Shown: positions 51,566 to 61,394 of the stretch, one piece after another
Position numbering within the stretch: the first letter of the stretch is position 1
How the letters are laid out: each line of letters starts with the position of its first letter
Assembly: GCA_963733195.1 (NCBI GenBank)
Contig: CAVTCR010000078.1
Coordinates: 8,393 to 72,392, forward strand
From: an uncultured delta proteobacterium
GTDB lineage: Bacteria; Desulfobacterota; Binatia; Bin18
Direction of reading: 5' to 3'
Length of the DNA stretch: 64,000 nucleotides
The notes under the pieces: generated by a model
Told to the model about the DNA's origin: nothing
The model's database searches: none
The model's input: the letters and a program-made list of their open reading frames with translations, nothing else
Position numbers and translations under genes: made by a program

Positions 51566-52768
51566 TCACAGCGTGAAGATATGTACCGATGCCACTGCGT
51601 TTTCATTTCCTAGTACCCCACCACCATTTTCGGTAAGACCAACCTTTGCTCCCGGAACCTGACGTTTTCCTGCTTCACCACGCAATTGCCAGAAAATCTC
51701 AGAAATTTGCGCCACTCCAGTCGCACCAACTGGATGTCCTTTGGCGAGAAGACCGCCACTTGGGTTCACCGGAACGCGACCACCAAGCTTCGTCACACCA
51801 TCATCAATCAGCTTGCCACCTTCACCAGCACGGCATAGTCCGAGTTCTTCATACACAATCAGTTCTGCTGGCGCGGTGGCATCGTGGACCTCTACTACAT
51901 GCACCTCTTCTGGACCGATCCCTGCCATCTTGTAAGCCTTTTGCGCGGCTTTGGTTACAATGCCTGGAGCATCAGCCGTATGTTCTTCACTTGATGAGAC
52001 AATCGACGCGCGCACGAACACCGGTTTCGCTGTGAGTTGGCGAGCCTTCTCTACGGTCGTAATTACCACTGCAGCGGCGCCGTCACCAATCGGAGAACAC
52101 ATCATCCGAGTAAGCGGCTCGGCAATCAGCGGAGCCGCAAGAATATCTTCCATCGTGCGTGGGGTCTGAAACTGAGCATGGGGATTCAGACTGCCGTTAG
52201 TGTGATTCTTTGCGGCGATGCGAGCAAATTGCTCACGAGTTGTGCCGTAGCGAGCCATATGCGCTCGGGCAAGGTTGGCATAATAGTCCATGAACACACT
52301 GCGTGACTCCCCAGCGCCGGCAGCCTGTTCGCCGCTCATTTGTCGCGCAAATTCATCGGCCAGTTCAAGATCAATCGCGCTACCAATTGCCTCGAACGTT
52401 CGCTTCTTGTCGGGGTGAAAGAGTTTCTCCATGCCAACAGCGAGCACGGTATCGTACATTCCCGATGCTACATACAACCACGCGAGATGGAATGCAGTCG
52501 AAGAACTGGCACAAGCATTTTCGGTGTTGATCACTGGGATCCCACCAATGCCCATTTCCCGTAAGACCACCTGGCCACGGATGCATTCTTGACCAGTAAT
52601 GAGACCAGCTACAGCGTTCCCAACTGCCGCAGCTTCAATCGTCTCTTTCTCGATACCTGCGGTGCGCAACGCGTGTTCTACAGCCTCACGCGCAAGATCT
52701 TTCATACTGCGATCTTGATGTTTGCCAAAGCGGGTCATCCCTGCACCAACGACGGCAACTTGTCGCAT
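51566..52768 (-). CDS. Thiolase family protein (SCP-x/lipid-transfer type)
   Basis: GAGMTRFGK, ENACASSS, CSPIGDGAAA, EVHDA, NPSGGLLAKGHPVGATG. Confidence 0.92.
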   Translation of the reverse strand: MRQVAVVGAGMTRFGKHQDRSMKDLAREAVEHALRTAGIEKETIEAAAVGNAVAGLITGQECIRGQVVLREMGIGGIPVINTENACASSSTAFHLAWLYVASGMYDTVLAVGMEKLFHPDKKRTFEAIGSAIDLELADEFARQMSGEQAAGAGESRSVFMDYYANLARAHMARYGTTREQFARIAAKNHTNGSLNPHAQFQTPRTMEDILAAPLIAEPLTRMMCSPIGDGAAAVVITTVEKARQLTAKPVFVRASIVSSSEEHTADAPGIVTKAAQKAYKMAGIGPEEVHVVEVHDATAPAELIVYEELGLCRAGEGGKLIDDGVTKLGGRVPVNPSGGLLAKGHPVGATGVAQISEIFWQLRGEAGKRQVPGAKVGLTENGGGVLGNENAVASVHIFTL

Positions 52769-52843
52769 ACTGGCCTCCTTTGTCTAACGTGATAGGGTGC
52801 AGAGTCTAGCAGGTGAATACACAGACAGGAAGGAGCGCATATC

Positions 52844-53098
52844 GTGGAAGACGCTTTAGCAGTTGTTGGACAATGGGTTGGCCTCGTAAAGGCAGCAAAG
52901 TTCGCCCTCGCCGAGATTAGTCGTGACTGCGAAGAACGAGTGGCAAACGGCACAGTAACAACAGAAGACGATTTCCGTGAAGCCGTGGATTCGATCTTTG
53001 AAGCGTTGAGTTCACTACAGGTCCAACTCGAAGAGCAGGAAGCTGCTCTGGAACAGGAGTTGGACGAGGAAGATGGTCATGATCATTCTGCTCATTGA
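52844..53098 (+). CDS. Small acidic helical hypothetical protein with His-rich tail
   Basis: AAGGAG RBS, GTG start, ends EEDGHDHSAH. Confidence 0.65.
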   Translation: MEDALAVVGQWVGLVKAAKFALAEISRDCEERVANGTVTTEDDFREAVDSIFEALSSLQVQLEEQEAALEQELDEEDGHDHSAH

Positions 53099-53122
53099 CA
53101 TATCAAAAAAAATTGATATATT
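53095..53122 (+). promoter_or_regulatory. arsR promoter with ArsR/SmtB-type operator
   Basis: TTGACA (53095) -16 nt- TATATT (53117); palindrome ATATCAA-N6-TTGATAT at 53100-53119. Confidence 0.7.
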
Positions 53123-53128
53123 GACCGC

Positions 53129-53482
53129 ATGACATTGGCTGCGACAAAAGCTGTCTTTCCATTGCGAGAGGATCTCGTCCCACGAGTTGCACGGTGGTTT
53201 CATGCGCTATCTGATGAAACACGACTGCGGATCGTCGATCGGCTGAGTGACGGCGAGAAGTGTGTATGTGATTTAACTGACCTCCTTGACTCTGCACAGT
53301 CGCGTCTCTCGTTTCACCTCAAAACATTGAAAGATGCTGGCATCCTGAAGGACCGCCGTGAAGGGCGATGGGTGTACTACTCCCTCAACCCCGAGGTAGT
53401 GAAAGACTTAGAAACCTTTCTCTGTTCGCTCACCGATTGCTGTCGGAAGCTAAGAAAGGAGGCACCATCATGCTGTAATTAG
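53129..53482 (+). CDS. arsR: ArsR/SmtB family metalloregulator
   Basis: FHALSDETRLRI, EKCVCDL, QSRLSFHL..L..AG, C-terminal CC pairs. Confidence 0.93.
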   Translation: MTLAATKAVFPLREDLVPRVARWFHALSDETRLRIVDRLSDGEKCVCDLTDLLDSAQSRLSFHLKTLKDAGILKDRREGRWVYYSLNPEVVKDLETFLCSLTDCCRKLRKEAPSCCN

Positions 53483-53503
53483 TCTCTTTTTTTACTCTAA
53501 TCC

Positions 53504-53519
53504 ATCAATATTTTTTGAT
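53504..53519. promoter_or_regulatory. Second ArsR operator
   Basis: ATCAA-N6-TTGAT, same core and spacing as the operator upstream of arsR. Confidence 0.7.
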
Positions 53520-53540
53520 TTGACAATAAGGAGACGGACA

Positions 53541-54050
53541 ATGGCGCAGAACACATTTCATGTTGCACTCACGGTGAAGGATCTTCCCATAGCGATCGAG
53601 CATTACAAGAAGATTTTGGGCATTGAGCCGGCAAAGGTGAAATCAGATTATGCCAAGTTTGAACTGTCTGATCCACCGGTCATTCTCTCATTGAACCCTG
53701 GTTCCGGTGAGCCAGGAACGGTGAGCCATCTCGGCATTCGTTACGCTGACAGTGAAAAGGTTATTACCGAACAGGTGAGAACAAAAACTCAGGGGATTGC
53801 AGTCCGCGAGCAAGTCGGGACCACGTGCTGTTATGCGAAGGCGGATAAATTCTGGCTGCACGATGCCGACGGGATGGAATGGGAAATGTACACGCTGCTG
53901 GAAGATGCGGACGTACACTCACTACCGGATAATGCGTGCTGTGCACGACCCACGACCGTGCAGAAGAGCAAAAAAGAAGCCTCTGCCGCTGAACGCCGCG
54001 CTCCAACGACAAAGCCGTCGTGGATGCGCCGCTCGTACAAATTGAGATGA
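53541..54050 (+). CDS. arsI: ArsI/CadI family VOC metalloenzyme
   Basis: FHVAL.V.DL, DYAKF, HLGI, TTCCYA..DKFW..D.DG..WE.Y; AAGGAG RBS. Confidence 0.85.
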   Translation: MAQNTFHVALTVKDLPIAIEHYKKILGIEPAKVKSDYAKFELSDPPVILSLNPGSGEPGTVSHLGIRYADSEKVITEQVRTKTQGIAVREQVGTTCCYAKADKFWLHDADGMEWEMYTLLEDADVHSLPDNACCARPTTVQKSKKEASAAERRAPTTKPSWMRRSYKLR

Positions 54051-54255
54051 AACGGTCATGTTGTTGAGGGGTATGGGGTTTACAGTACGTCACGGCACCT
54101 CCCCCGCTCTTGCAAAAAGGGTAGCAACGCGAAGCGTAGGGGGATTTTACGCTGTCGGTACGAGAAATCCTCCCTTGCCCTCCTATTGTAAAGGAGTGTG
54201 AATAAGATTATGTTCAGATAGCCTCTGATAATGTCAATACAAGGAATCGTGAGGT

Positions 54256-55323
54256 ATGAAACAACTGTCTTTTCTCGACCGTTTTCTCACCTTATGGATT
54301 TTTCTGGCAATGGCCATCGGTGTCCTGATCGGCTATCTCTTTCCTGAAGTCGAATCCTTTATCAATCAGTTTCAGAGCGGCACGACCAATATCCCGATCG
54401 CCGTCGGCCTCATCCTCATGATGTACCCTCCACTCGCTAAGGTCCGCTATGAGAATCTTGGGAGTGTCTTCCATAACTGGCGGATATTACAATTATCGCT
54501 CGTGCAGAACTGGATCATCGGTCCCATCCTGATGTTTGTCCTCGCACTTCTCTTCTTACATAATTACCCAGAATATATGGTCGGGCTGATCATGGTCGGG
54601 CTCGCGCGCTGCATCGCAATGGTGATCGTGTGGAACGAACTTGCGCGTGGAGATACAGAGTATGCAGCTGGCTTGGTCGCACTGAACAGTGTCTTTCAAG
54701 TGATTTTTTTTAGTATCTATGCATGGTTCTTCATCACCGTCTTGCCACCCTGGTTCGGACTGCAAGGCATCGTCGTGAATGTCAGCATTTCACAAATCGC
54801 GTACAGTGTTTTTATCTACCTAGGCATTCCTTTTCTTGCCGGTATGTTGACCCGTGCCGTTTTGGTGAATCTCAAAGGCAAGGAGTGGTATCACTCCCAG
54901 TTCATTCCCCGCATTAGTCCGCTTACGCTCATTGCGCTGCTATTCACGATCGTCGTGATGTTCAGCCTCAAAGGCAACTTAATTGTTCAGCTTCCGCTCG
55001 ACGTGATTCGCATCGCCATCCCTCTCTTTCTCTATTTCGTCATCATGTTTCTCGTCAGTTTTTACATGGGACGGAAAGTCGGGGCAGATTACTCACAAAC
55101 CGCAACTCTGTCGTTTACTGCGGCGAGTAATAACTTTGAGTTAGCTATTGCGGTTGCTGTCGCAGTCTTCGGAATCAACTCGGGGGCCGCATTTGCTGCC
55201 GTCATCGGACCGCTCGTAGAAGTGCCGGTACTAGTGGGTTTGGTGAATGTGGCACTCTGGCTCCAGCAGCAGTACTTCTCCCCAACAACAGCAAAGGGCC
55301 TGGCACGGACCGGGACAGCGTAG
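54256..55323 (+). CDS. acr3: ACR3 family arsenite efflux transporter
   Basis: [52 protein letters not shown]. Confidence 0.96.
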   Translation: MKQLSFLDRFLTLWIFLAMAIGVLIGYLFPEVESFINQFQSGTTNIPIAVGLILMMYPPLAKVRYENLGSVFHNWRILQLSLVQNWIIGPILMFVLALLFLHNYPEYMVGLIMVGLARCIAMVIVWNELARGDTEYAAGLVALNSVFQVIFFSIYAWFFITVLPPWFGLQGIVVNVSISQIAYSVFIYLGIPFLAGMLTRAVLVNLKGKEWYHSQFIPRISPLTLIALLFTIVVMFSLKGNLIVQLPLDVIRIAIPLFLYFVIMFLVSFYMGRKVGADYSQTATLSFTAASNNFELAIAVAVAVFGINSGAAFAAVIGPLVEVPVLVGLVNVALWLQQQYFSPTTAKGLARTGTA

Positions 55324-55405
55324 GCATACAGTCCGTGCCCCGGTTTCGCTCTTTTTGACTTTTGCGCTTTGACTTGCTGGGAAACAACCACGGCCAATAC
55401 GTGTC

Positions 55406-56450
55406 TCAGCTCCCGTCTTCTTCTGTTGGCTGTAGGTGGGGATTCACCACCGTCAACCCGATCCTGCCAGCGCAGGAAACGGAACCCGTTAACGCCGATT
55501 CGTTGGACCACAGCTCTCACACGATGTGTGGTTTTTATCTCGTTGAGGTATCCGACACTTTCAATTGTCACAACTTGCGGAATCGCGAAATTCAAACTTC
55601 GCCCCGCGCCGCCGCCAGGGAAGAGTCCACCAAGATTTGCCCCTGTAGCCTCAGATCGCCGCTGCACGAGATCCCGTGCCGCATCGGCATCGACACCAAG
55701 AACAGCACGGAGTACGAGCGGATTAGCAGTGAGCAAGTTTACTGTTCCGCTGCCGCCACTATACACAGTAAAGAGCTGCTGGAGCGCAGGTCCTTCCCTC
55801 CCATAGAATAACGCGGGGGTTACGCCGCGGATAAGTAACAGCTCGTCGAGTGAATCGAATGGACCATCTTTGGCCGGGTATGGAACAGGCAATCCTTGGT
55901 AGTAATCATTCTCTGCACCGTGGAGCCGAACTAACGGATCAGTGTCTCGCCAGTCTTGAATGGTATCCGTCAGCAACTCTCCGGTTTCTTGGTCGAAGCC
56001 GAGGTTAACAAATGTCTGCCGCAGCGTCGCTTCATCCACTTGATTCAGGTTGATCTTCCCCCCTTCATCGATCACCCGGACCCAATATCCACCAGCACCA
56101 AACTCCTCTTTCTTCCAGCGACCGTCTCCGCGCAGCCATACGTCCTGCTCCTCTTCGTTCTGAGGTCCTTGTCCACCTGACGATTGTCCGAACCCGCCTC
56201 GTGGTTGTCCGAACTGTCCTCCCGCACCCATATTGAGCAAGTTGCGTCCTTGCTGTTGGGCGCGCAGAACACGATACAGCGCCCGGTGCACTCCTGCCGT
56301 GGCCACGTAATATGCTGCTGTATCCTGTTGGTAGACATCGGTGGTTCGCCCCTCGATCCGCGAACTCAGCGACAACTCAGCCGCGAGCACCATGAGAATC
56401 ATCATGGTCCACATGACAATAATGAGAACAATCCCACGCTCACCTTTCAT
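55406..56450 (-). CDS. gspK: Type II secretion minor pseudopilin GspK (probable terminal indel; likely stop at 55406)
   Basis: RGIVLIIV prepilin-like N-terminus, DEGGKINLN, DWRD.D, GAE..YY, F.S.DEL..I.G, VN..TA. Confidence 0.87.
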
Positions 56451-57166
56451 CGTCCGCTATCTCCACCAAAGGAACCTCGCCGCCCACGTCGCCCACCACG
56501 ACCCGGAGCCTGCGGAGACGCGAGCATCTCTGTTTGTGGGAACCGCACCGTCAGTGGCACTTCGATCTGCCACTCGTAGGGGAGCTCACCAAGCCGGGCA
56601 CGCCAGGATAACCGCACAGCAAGCGGCAACTGACGTTCATCTTTACCACTCCAGCTATCAGTCCATTCTTCACGGTTCTGCGTTGGTAACTGGCGGAGAT
56701 ATGCCCATGAAACATCTTCGATTTCTGGCAAGATCTCCGTTTCCTGCCAGAGCCCTCCTTCGCGGTCATTGAGTAAATCCGTCGGCAGTGCTGGAGCAGC
56801 GGTTCGCAACCAAAGACTGCGCCGTCCACGCTGTTCGCGCACGAAGTAGGTGACTTTTTCGAGCCCACCTACTTCTGGCCGAGCGGTAGTTGCAACAAAA
56901 TTTAGCTCTTCTCTTCCACCAGTAAAGTAGACGGCAATGCCTTTCTCGGTCTGTAGGGCCAAGGGATAGGCAGATTTTAACTGCCGAGTGATCAGCGATA
57001 ACGCCGCCCGCGCCCGCTGATTCTCAGAACCACGACCTTGGCCCTTGTCGGCTGCCTGTAGTCCGATACTGAGTGCAGCGTTCACCACTAGGACAATCAT
57101 CGCCACAATAGTGAGGCTGATGATGAGTTCGAGAAAGGTGAATCCGCGGGTCGAGAGAGATGTCAT
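56447..57166 (-). CDS. gspJ: Type II secretion pseudopilin GspJ
   Basis: RGFTFLELIISL prepilin motif, LP.AVRL C-terminal motif, gene order. Confidence 0.8.
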   Translation of the reverse strand: MTSLSTRGFTFLELIISLTIVAMIVLVVNAALSIGLQAADKGQGRGSENQRARAALSLITRQLKSAYPLALQTEKGIAVYFTGGREELNFVATTARPEVGGLEKVTYFVREQRGRRSLWLRTAAPALPTDLLNDREGGLWQETEILPEIEDVSWAYLRQLPTQNREEWTDSWSGKDERQLPLAVRLSWRARLGELPYEWQIEVPLTVRFPQTEMLASPQAPGRGGRRGRRGSFGGDSGR

Positions 57167-57678
57167 GGCTGTTGAGCTTGCGGTTGGGGTTGGTCAGTAA
57201 TGGTACGCAACGAACGGAGCGCATAGGATTGCTCGCCCACTCCTTCGCTCCAGTAGACCTCAACATTGATTTGCTTGAGACGGAAGAATTCAGTCTGGTT
57301 TTGGCTTTTCTGTTGCAATGCAGAGGCATCATCATCGGGGCGGATTTCATTCACCCGAGCTCGCCAAGAGAATCCGCCAGGAAACCGCCCGCCATCGTCT
57401 CCATCGTCCAACGTGGACTGTGCAAGCAAACGGTCCATTACATTCTGGGCATACACCACCGCCTGCGTCCGCCTGGAGGATTTCGTCATCAGCCGCAAGC
57501 CGCCACCAAACAGTTCGAGAACCGCGGCAATACCTACAGCGAGTACAGCAAGGGCAACCATCACTTCGAGTAACGTAAAGCCGGCGCTCGCAGCCCGTAG
57601 GCTAGAGGCTAGAGTCCGAAGTCCGAAGTCCGGGGTCCGGGGTCCGAGTTTCTCGTTGTCCCTTATCCTTTTATCCAT
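57163..57678 (-). CDS. gspI: Type II secretion pseudopilin GspI
   Basis: AGFTLLEVMVALAVLA; gene order H-I-J-K. Confidence 0.8.
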   Translation of the reverse strand: MDKRIRDNEKLGPRTPDFGLRTLASSLRAASAGFTLLEVMVALAVLAVGIAAVLELFGGGLRLMTKSSRRTQAVVYAQNVMDRLLAQSTLDDGDDGGRFPGGFSWRARVNEIRPDDDASALQQKSQNQTEFFRLKQINVEVYWSEGVGEQSYALRSLRTITDQPQPQAQQP

Positions 57679-57720
57679 TTCCCCGTTTCCTCTTTTCGCC
57701 TTTCCCTCTTGCCTTCTGTC

Positions 57721-58236
57721 TCAGTTATCACGCCGGATGGTGGCCGTGCCGAGGAGCGGATTAAGAGTGAGCCCATAGATCTTGCCGCCTTCACTGCGTG
57801 ATTTTTCGATGCGCACCTCACCACCAGAGTTGGTCCCATCCGGATAGAAATGAAATTCCACTTCGCCAGTTTCCCGCGTAAAGCGTCCACGGGCCCTAAG
57901 TTCACCGCTTTCGGGCGGGACTAGTACCTCTCCGTCACCACCCTCGTGCCAGTAGCGCCCCTCTTCCGCTGCCACAACTAGTACTTCTTCTTTTCCTTCT
58001 TCGATTGCACGAACTCGCATGAGTTCCATCGCCGCACGTAGTTGTACAATCGTCTGACGGGGATCGGCGGAAGTAAAACGGTTGCCAATTGCCGGTGCTA
58101 CGAGTGTTGCGGCAACCGCAACGATCACGAGCACGAGAATCAACTCTAATAAGGTAAAGCCGGACGCTCGCCTGTTTCGCAGCAGAGCCTGAGATACACG
58201 TTGCTTCATTGTGGAAGTACTCGATGATGCACTCAT
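57721..58236 (-). CDS. gspH: Type II secretion pseudopilin GspH/FimT-like
   Basis: SGFTLLELILVLVI, FYPDG..SGG motif; start uncertain (58236 or 58209). Confidence 0.8.
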   Translation of the reverse strand: MSASSSTSTMKQRVSQALLRNRRASGFTLLELILVLVIVAVAATLVAPAIGNRFTSADPRQTIVQLRAAMELMRVRAIEEGKEEVLVVAAEEGRYWHEGGDGEVLVPPESGELRARGRFTRETGEVEFHFYPDGTNSGGEVRIEKSRSEGGKIYGLTLNPLLGTATIRRDN

Positions 58237-58272
58237 TATAGCGAACTTCTCACTAATGTACGGATTGAAAAT

Positions 58273-58401
58273 CCGTTCGTCCTGAGCGTAGGCGTAGAGC
58301 GCCGAAGTCGAAGGACAGAAAAGTACGATGGCGGGCACAGCCCGCCCTACGGTGATCACCCATAGCCGAGTGCTGGTGTCGTAGGGCAGGCTGTGCCTGC
58401 C
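58273..58401. repeat. REP cluster (GTCGAAG-type arm plus inverted GTAG-family pair)
   Basis: GCGGGCACAGCCCGCCCTAC 58331-58350 and GTAGGGCAGGCTGTGCCTGCC 58381-58401. Confidence 0.7.
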
Positions 58402-58424
58402 GAGTCCCATTCAAGGTAAGCACG

Positions 58425-58631
58425 TCAGCCCTGAGACGGTTTCTGTGCCTCAGATGCTGTTTTTTTGATTTCCCCAATTTTGAGAATGATCACAAGGATC
58501 GCGAGCCCAATGCCCAACAAGTACCGTGATTCATTCATAGGTTCAGGTGAGCGGAAAATCTCTTGGAGACTGAAGACAATGACTGCCCCCATCAATACAA
58601 TCATGAACCGATTCCACGTACTTCTGCTCAT
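58425..58631 (-). CDS. Small two-TM membrane protein
   Basis: GGGAG RBS right after the acyl-CoA dehydrogenase stop; two hydrophobic segments. Confidence 0.65.
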   Translation of the reverse strand: MSRSTWNRFMIVLMGAVIVFSLQEIFRSPEPMNESRYLLGIGLAILVIILKIGEIKKTASEAQKPSQG

Positions 58632-58640
58632 AGGAACTCC

Positions 58641-59816
58641 CTAGCGAATCAAATCCATTCGCCGCGTTAGATCTTTGGCGATGTTTTTCTGATGGGCTTC
58701 AATTGTGCCACCACCGATTTCCAATAGTTTCGCGTCGCGCCAGAGGCGTTCAACAACATACTCATTGAAATAGCCGTAGCCACCAAGAACTTGCATCGCG
58801 TTGTCAGCTACTTGTTTAGCCATTGTCGTCGCCACCAACTTGACGCCATCGGAATCGACTCGTTGACCAGGCTTGTCAAGACTCATTCTTGCTGCCGTGT
58901 GATACAGATAGGTACGTGCTGCCATATACTGCGCATACGAATCAGCAATATAGCGTTGAATCTGACCAAACTGGTTGATCGGTTGCCCATAGGCCGTTCG
59001 TTCGCTTGCGTATTTGGTCATGACCTCGACACAACGCGCGGCAATGCCGGTGGACATCGCAGCAATCGTGACTCGCTCAATCTCTAGATTGCGCATCATA
59101 TGGATCGTGCTTTCGCCCTCTTCGCCGAGACGGTTTTTCACTGGCACAACACAATCCTCGAACACCAGTTCCGCAGTCATTGACGCACGCATTCCTGTTT
59201 TGCCGTGCAGTTTCTGTCCGAGGGAGAAACCTGAGAAACCATTCTCAACAATAAACGAACTAATTCCCTTCTCTGTACGTGCATAGACGAGAAAAATATT
59301 ACCGAGTGTTTTCTCGTCGAGCGCGCCGTTGGTGATGAACATTTTCCGTCCATTCAAATAATAGGAATCGCCTCGTCGTACGGCTTGCGTCTTCATCCCC
59401 AACACATCGGTTCCTACCGATGGCTCGGTCATACACATTCCACCAATCCATTCGCCGGAGATTACTTTATTGAGATAGCGCCGATGCTGCTCCTCGTTGG
59501 CATTGTGATAAAAGTTGTTGACAAACAACATCGAGTGAGCCAGATACGCCAAGCAAAACCCCGGGTCTGACGCCGAGATCTCTTCATGCACGATGACCGC
59601 CGCCACGGCATCCATCCCCGCCCCACCATGCTCGCTCGATACCGTAATTCCAAGCAATCCTAGCTCTCCGAGTTGACGAAACAGCGACAAATTGAACCGC
59701 TCATCACGGTCGTGGGCTAATGCCTGAGGTTCAACTTGCTCGCGGACAAAGTCCCGCACGGTTTGTCGGAGCAACGAATGCTCGGGAGTGGGATTGAAAA
59801 GGTCAATAGTTGACAT
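58641..59816 (-). CDS. Acyl-CoA dehydrogenase (isovaleryl-CoA dehydrogenase-like)
   Basis: CMTEPSVGTD, LNG.KMFITNG, K.GMR.S.T.EL.F, Q.LGG.GY, RDAKL.EIGGGT.E. Confidence 0.92.
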   Translation of the reverse strand: MSTIDLFNPTPEHSLLRQTVRDFVREQVEPQALAHDRDERFNLSLFRQLGELGLLGITVSSEHGGAGMDAVAAVIVHEEISASDPGFCLAYLAHSMLFVNNFYHNANEEQHRRYLNKVISGEWIGGMCMTEPSVGTDVLGMKTQAVRRGDSYYLNGRKMFITNGALDEKTLGNIFLVYARTEKGISSFIVENGFSGFSLGQKLHGKTGMRASMTAELVFEDCVVPVKNRLGEEGESTIHMMRNLEIERVTIAAMSTGIAARCVEVMTKYASERTAYGQPINQFGQIQRYIADSYAQYMAARTYLYHTAARMSLDKPGQRVDSDGVKLVATTMAKQVADNAMQVLGGYGYFNEYVVERLWRDAKLLEIGGGTIEAHQKNIAKDLTRRMDLIR

Positions 59817-60013
59817 ACACCTCTCCACTTGTCTGGCCTGACACTGCAAATGTCTTCTTTACGAATCCTGCGTGAGCCGATGTGTGCTGTCAACTAAGGG
59901 GCGTGGGGGGAGTTAGGATTGAGGAACTGAGAACGAGAGAAAAACAAAGGAGAGAAGTCAGGAAGGAAAGGGGCTGGGGAGACCAAATCCCAACCCCTAA
60001 ATCCTAACTCCAG

Positions 60014-61114
60014 TTAGTTAATGTTGTACAATGTCGCGGCGTTTCCACCGACAACCTTGGCAACAATATCCCCTGGTGCACGGGCGAAGTGCTCGTGGAT
60101 GTACTCCTTTGAGCGTGGCCATGGCGAGTCAGTATGCGGATAGTCAGACGACCACATGATCTTGCTCGCGTCTAAGCTCTTGAGGTTATCGATCCAGGTA
60201 TCTTCAAACTGGAAGGTCGCCCACACGTTACTCTTGATGTACTCGCTCGGCATCTTCGACAACTGTACGTTCTCAAAATGTCGCAGCCGATCATAGCCAT
60301 GATCGAGACGATACATGAAGTGCGGTAGCCAGGAGACATCGTTCTCAGCCGAGACAACTTTCAGCTTCGGGAAGCGTTCAAACACGCCACCATACACCAT
60401 ATCGGCCAGAGTAATCTGAATCTCGTGCGGTAAGCTCATGTAGGAATGGAGAATCTTGCTGAAATCGATCCCATGTCCGCGCCGCGAGGTCAGAATGTGC
60501 AACGAAAGTGGGAAGTCGAGTTCCTGTGCAGCGGCAAAAAACGGATCGTACGCGCGGTTGCTATACGGACGATCTTCCGGCGGTGCACCCCAAATCAACG
60601 CGCCACGGAGTCCCTTCTTGGCGATACGCTTCAGCTCTGCGACACCAGCCGGAATGTCTTCGAGGGTGATCGCCCCGAGACCAATCAAGCGTTTGGGATT
60701 GTAGGTGACGTATTCCGCGGCCCAATCATTGAAGGCAGTAAAAGCAGACGCACGAAGTTCTGCATCTTTCAGACCGAACAGTAACATGCCCATCGAGGTA
60801 TACATCGCCTCAGCGGTCACACCATCACGATCTTGCTCTTTGAGACGTTCGGCTGGATCCCACACGCTCTTCGGTGCAACCTCAAAGCCTTTTTTGGTGT
60901 GCTGCGGTAGTTCTTCAGCGCTTTTTCCCGAGCCGAAGAAGCCTGCTACTGGCACCGGCGTGATGTTCTCGCAGACAAAGAATTCCCCTTCTTTGCCATC
61001 AAGATTCTTTACCGTGTGCGGCGCACGATCACGGAATTTTTTATCCATACGATCGGCCCACATGTTTGGTGGTTCAACAAAATGCGAATCGCCTGAGATG
61101 ATACGGAATTCCAT
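60014..61114 (-). CDS. Amidohydrolase family protein (Amidohydro_2)
   Basis: DSHFVEP, P.SLH, FERFPKLK...E, WSSDYPH.D; GAAGGAGG RBS. Confidence 0.9.
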   Translation of the reverse strand: MEFRIISGDSHFVEPPNMWADRMDKKFRDRAPHTVKNLDGKEGEFFVCENITPVPVAGFFGSGKSAEELPQHTKKGFEVAPKSVWDPAERLKEQDRDGVTAEAMYTSMGMLLFGLKDAELRASAFTAFNDWAAEYVTYNPKRLIGLGAITLEDIPAGVAELKRIAKKGLRGALIWGAPPEDRPYSNRAYDPFFAAAQELDFPLSLHILTSRRGHGIDFSKILHSYMSLPHEIQITLADMVYGGVFERFPKLKVVSAENDVSWLPHFMYRLDHGYDRLRHFENVQLSKMPSEYIKSNVWATFQFEDTWIDNLKSLDASKIMWSSDYPHTDSPWPRSKEYIHEHFARAPGDIVAKVVGGNAATLYNIN

Positions 61115-61394
61115 ACGGTAACCCTCCTTCATACTATGGATGTGTTCAGTGTTAGTGGTAAGACAAAAATAGGCGTGTTGTCAACCCATAGCTGCCCGGA
61201 GAAAGGGGAAAGGCGAAATGAGTAAATGGGTAAAATTATAAGACTGGGCGAAAGGGTGAAAAGGGAAACGGCAAAAAGGATAAGAAGCTGCGTACTTGTC
61301 CCTTCTCTGTTCCTTCTTTCTCGACTCACGACTCCAAGACGCCCAGACTCCTGGACTGTTTCCTCCATTTCCCCATTTATCTCCTCCTCTCCCA

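Noticed and set aside
55089-55405. GspK C-terminal extension overlapping acr3 in antisense
   Set aside because: A one-base shift gives a natural QPTEEDGS* end at 55406; the extension crosses repeat DNA.
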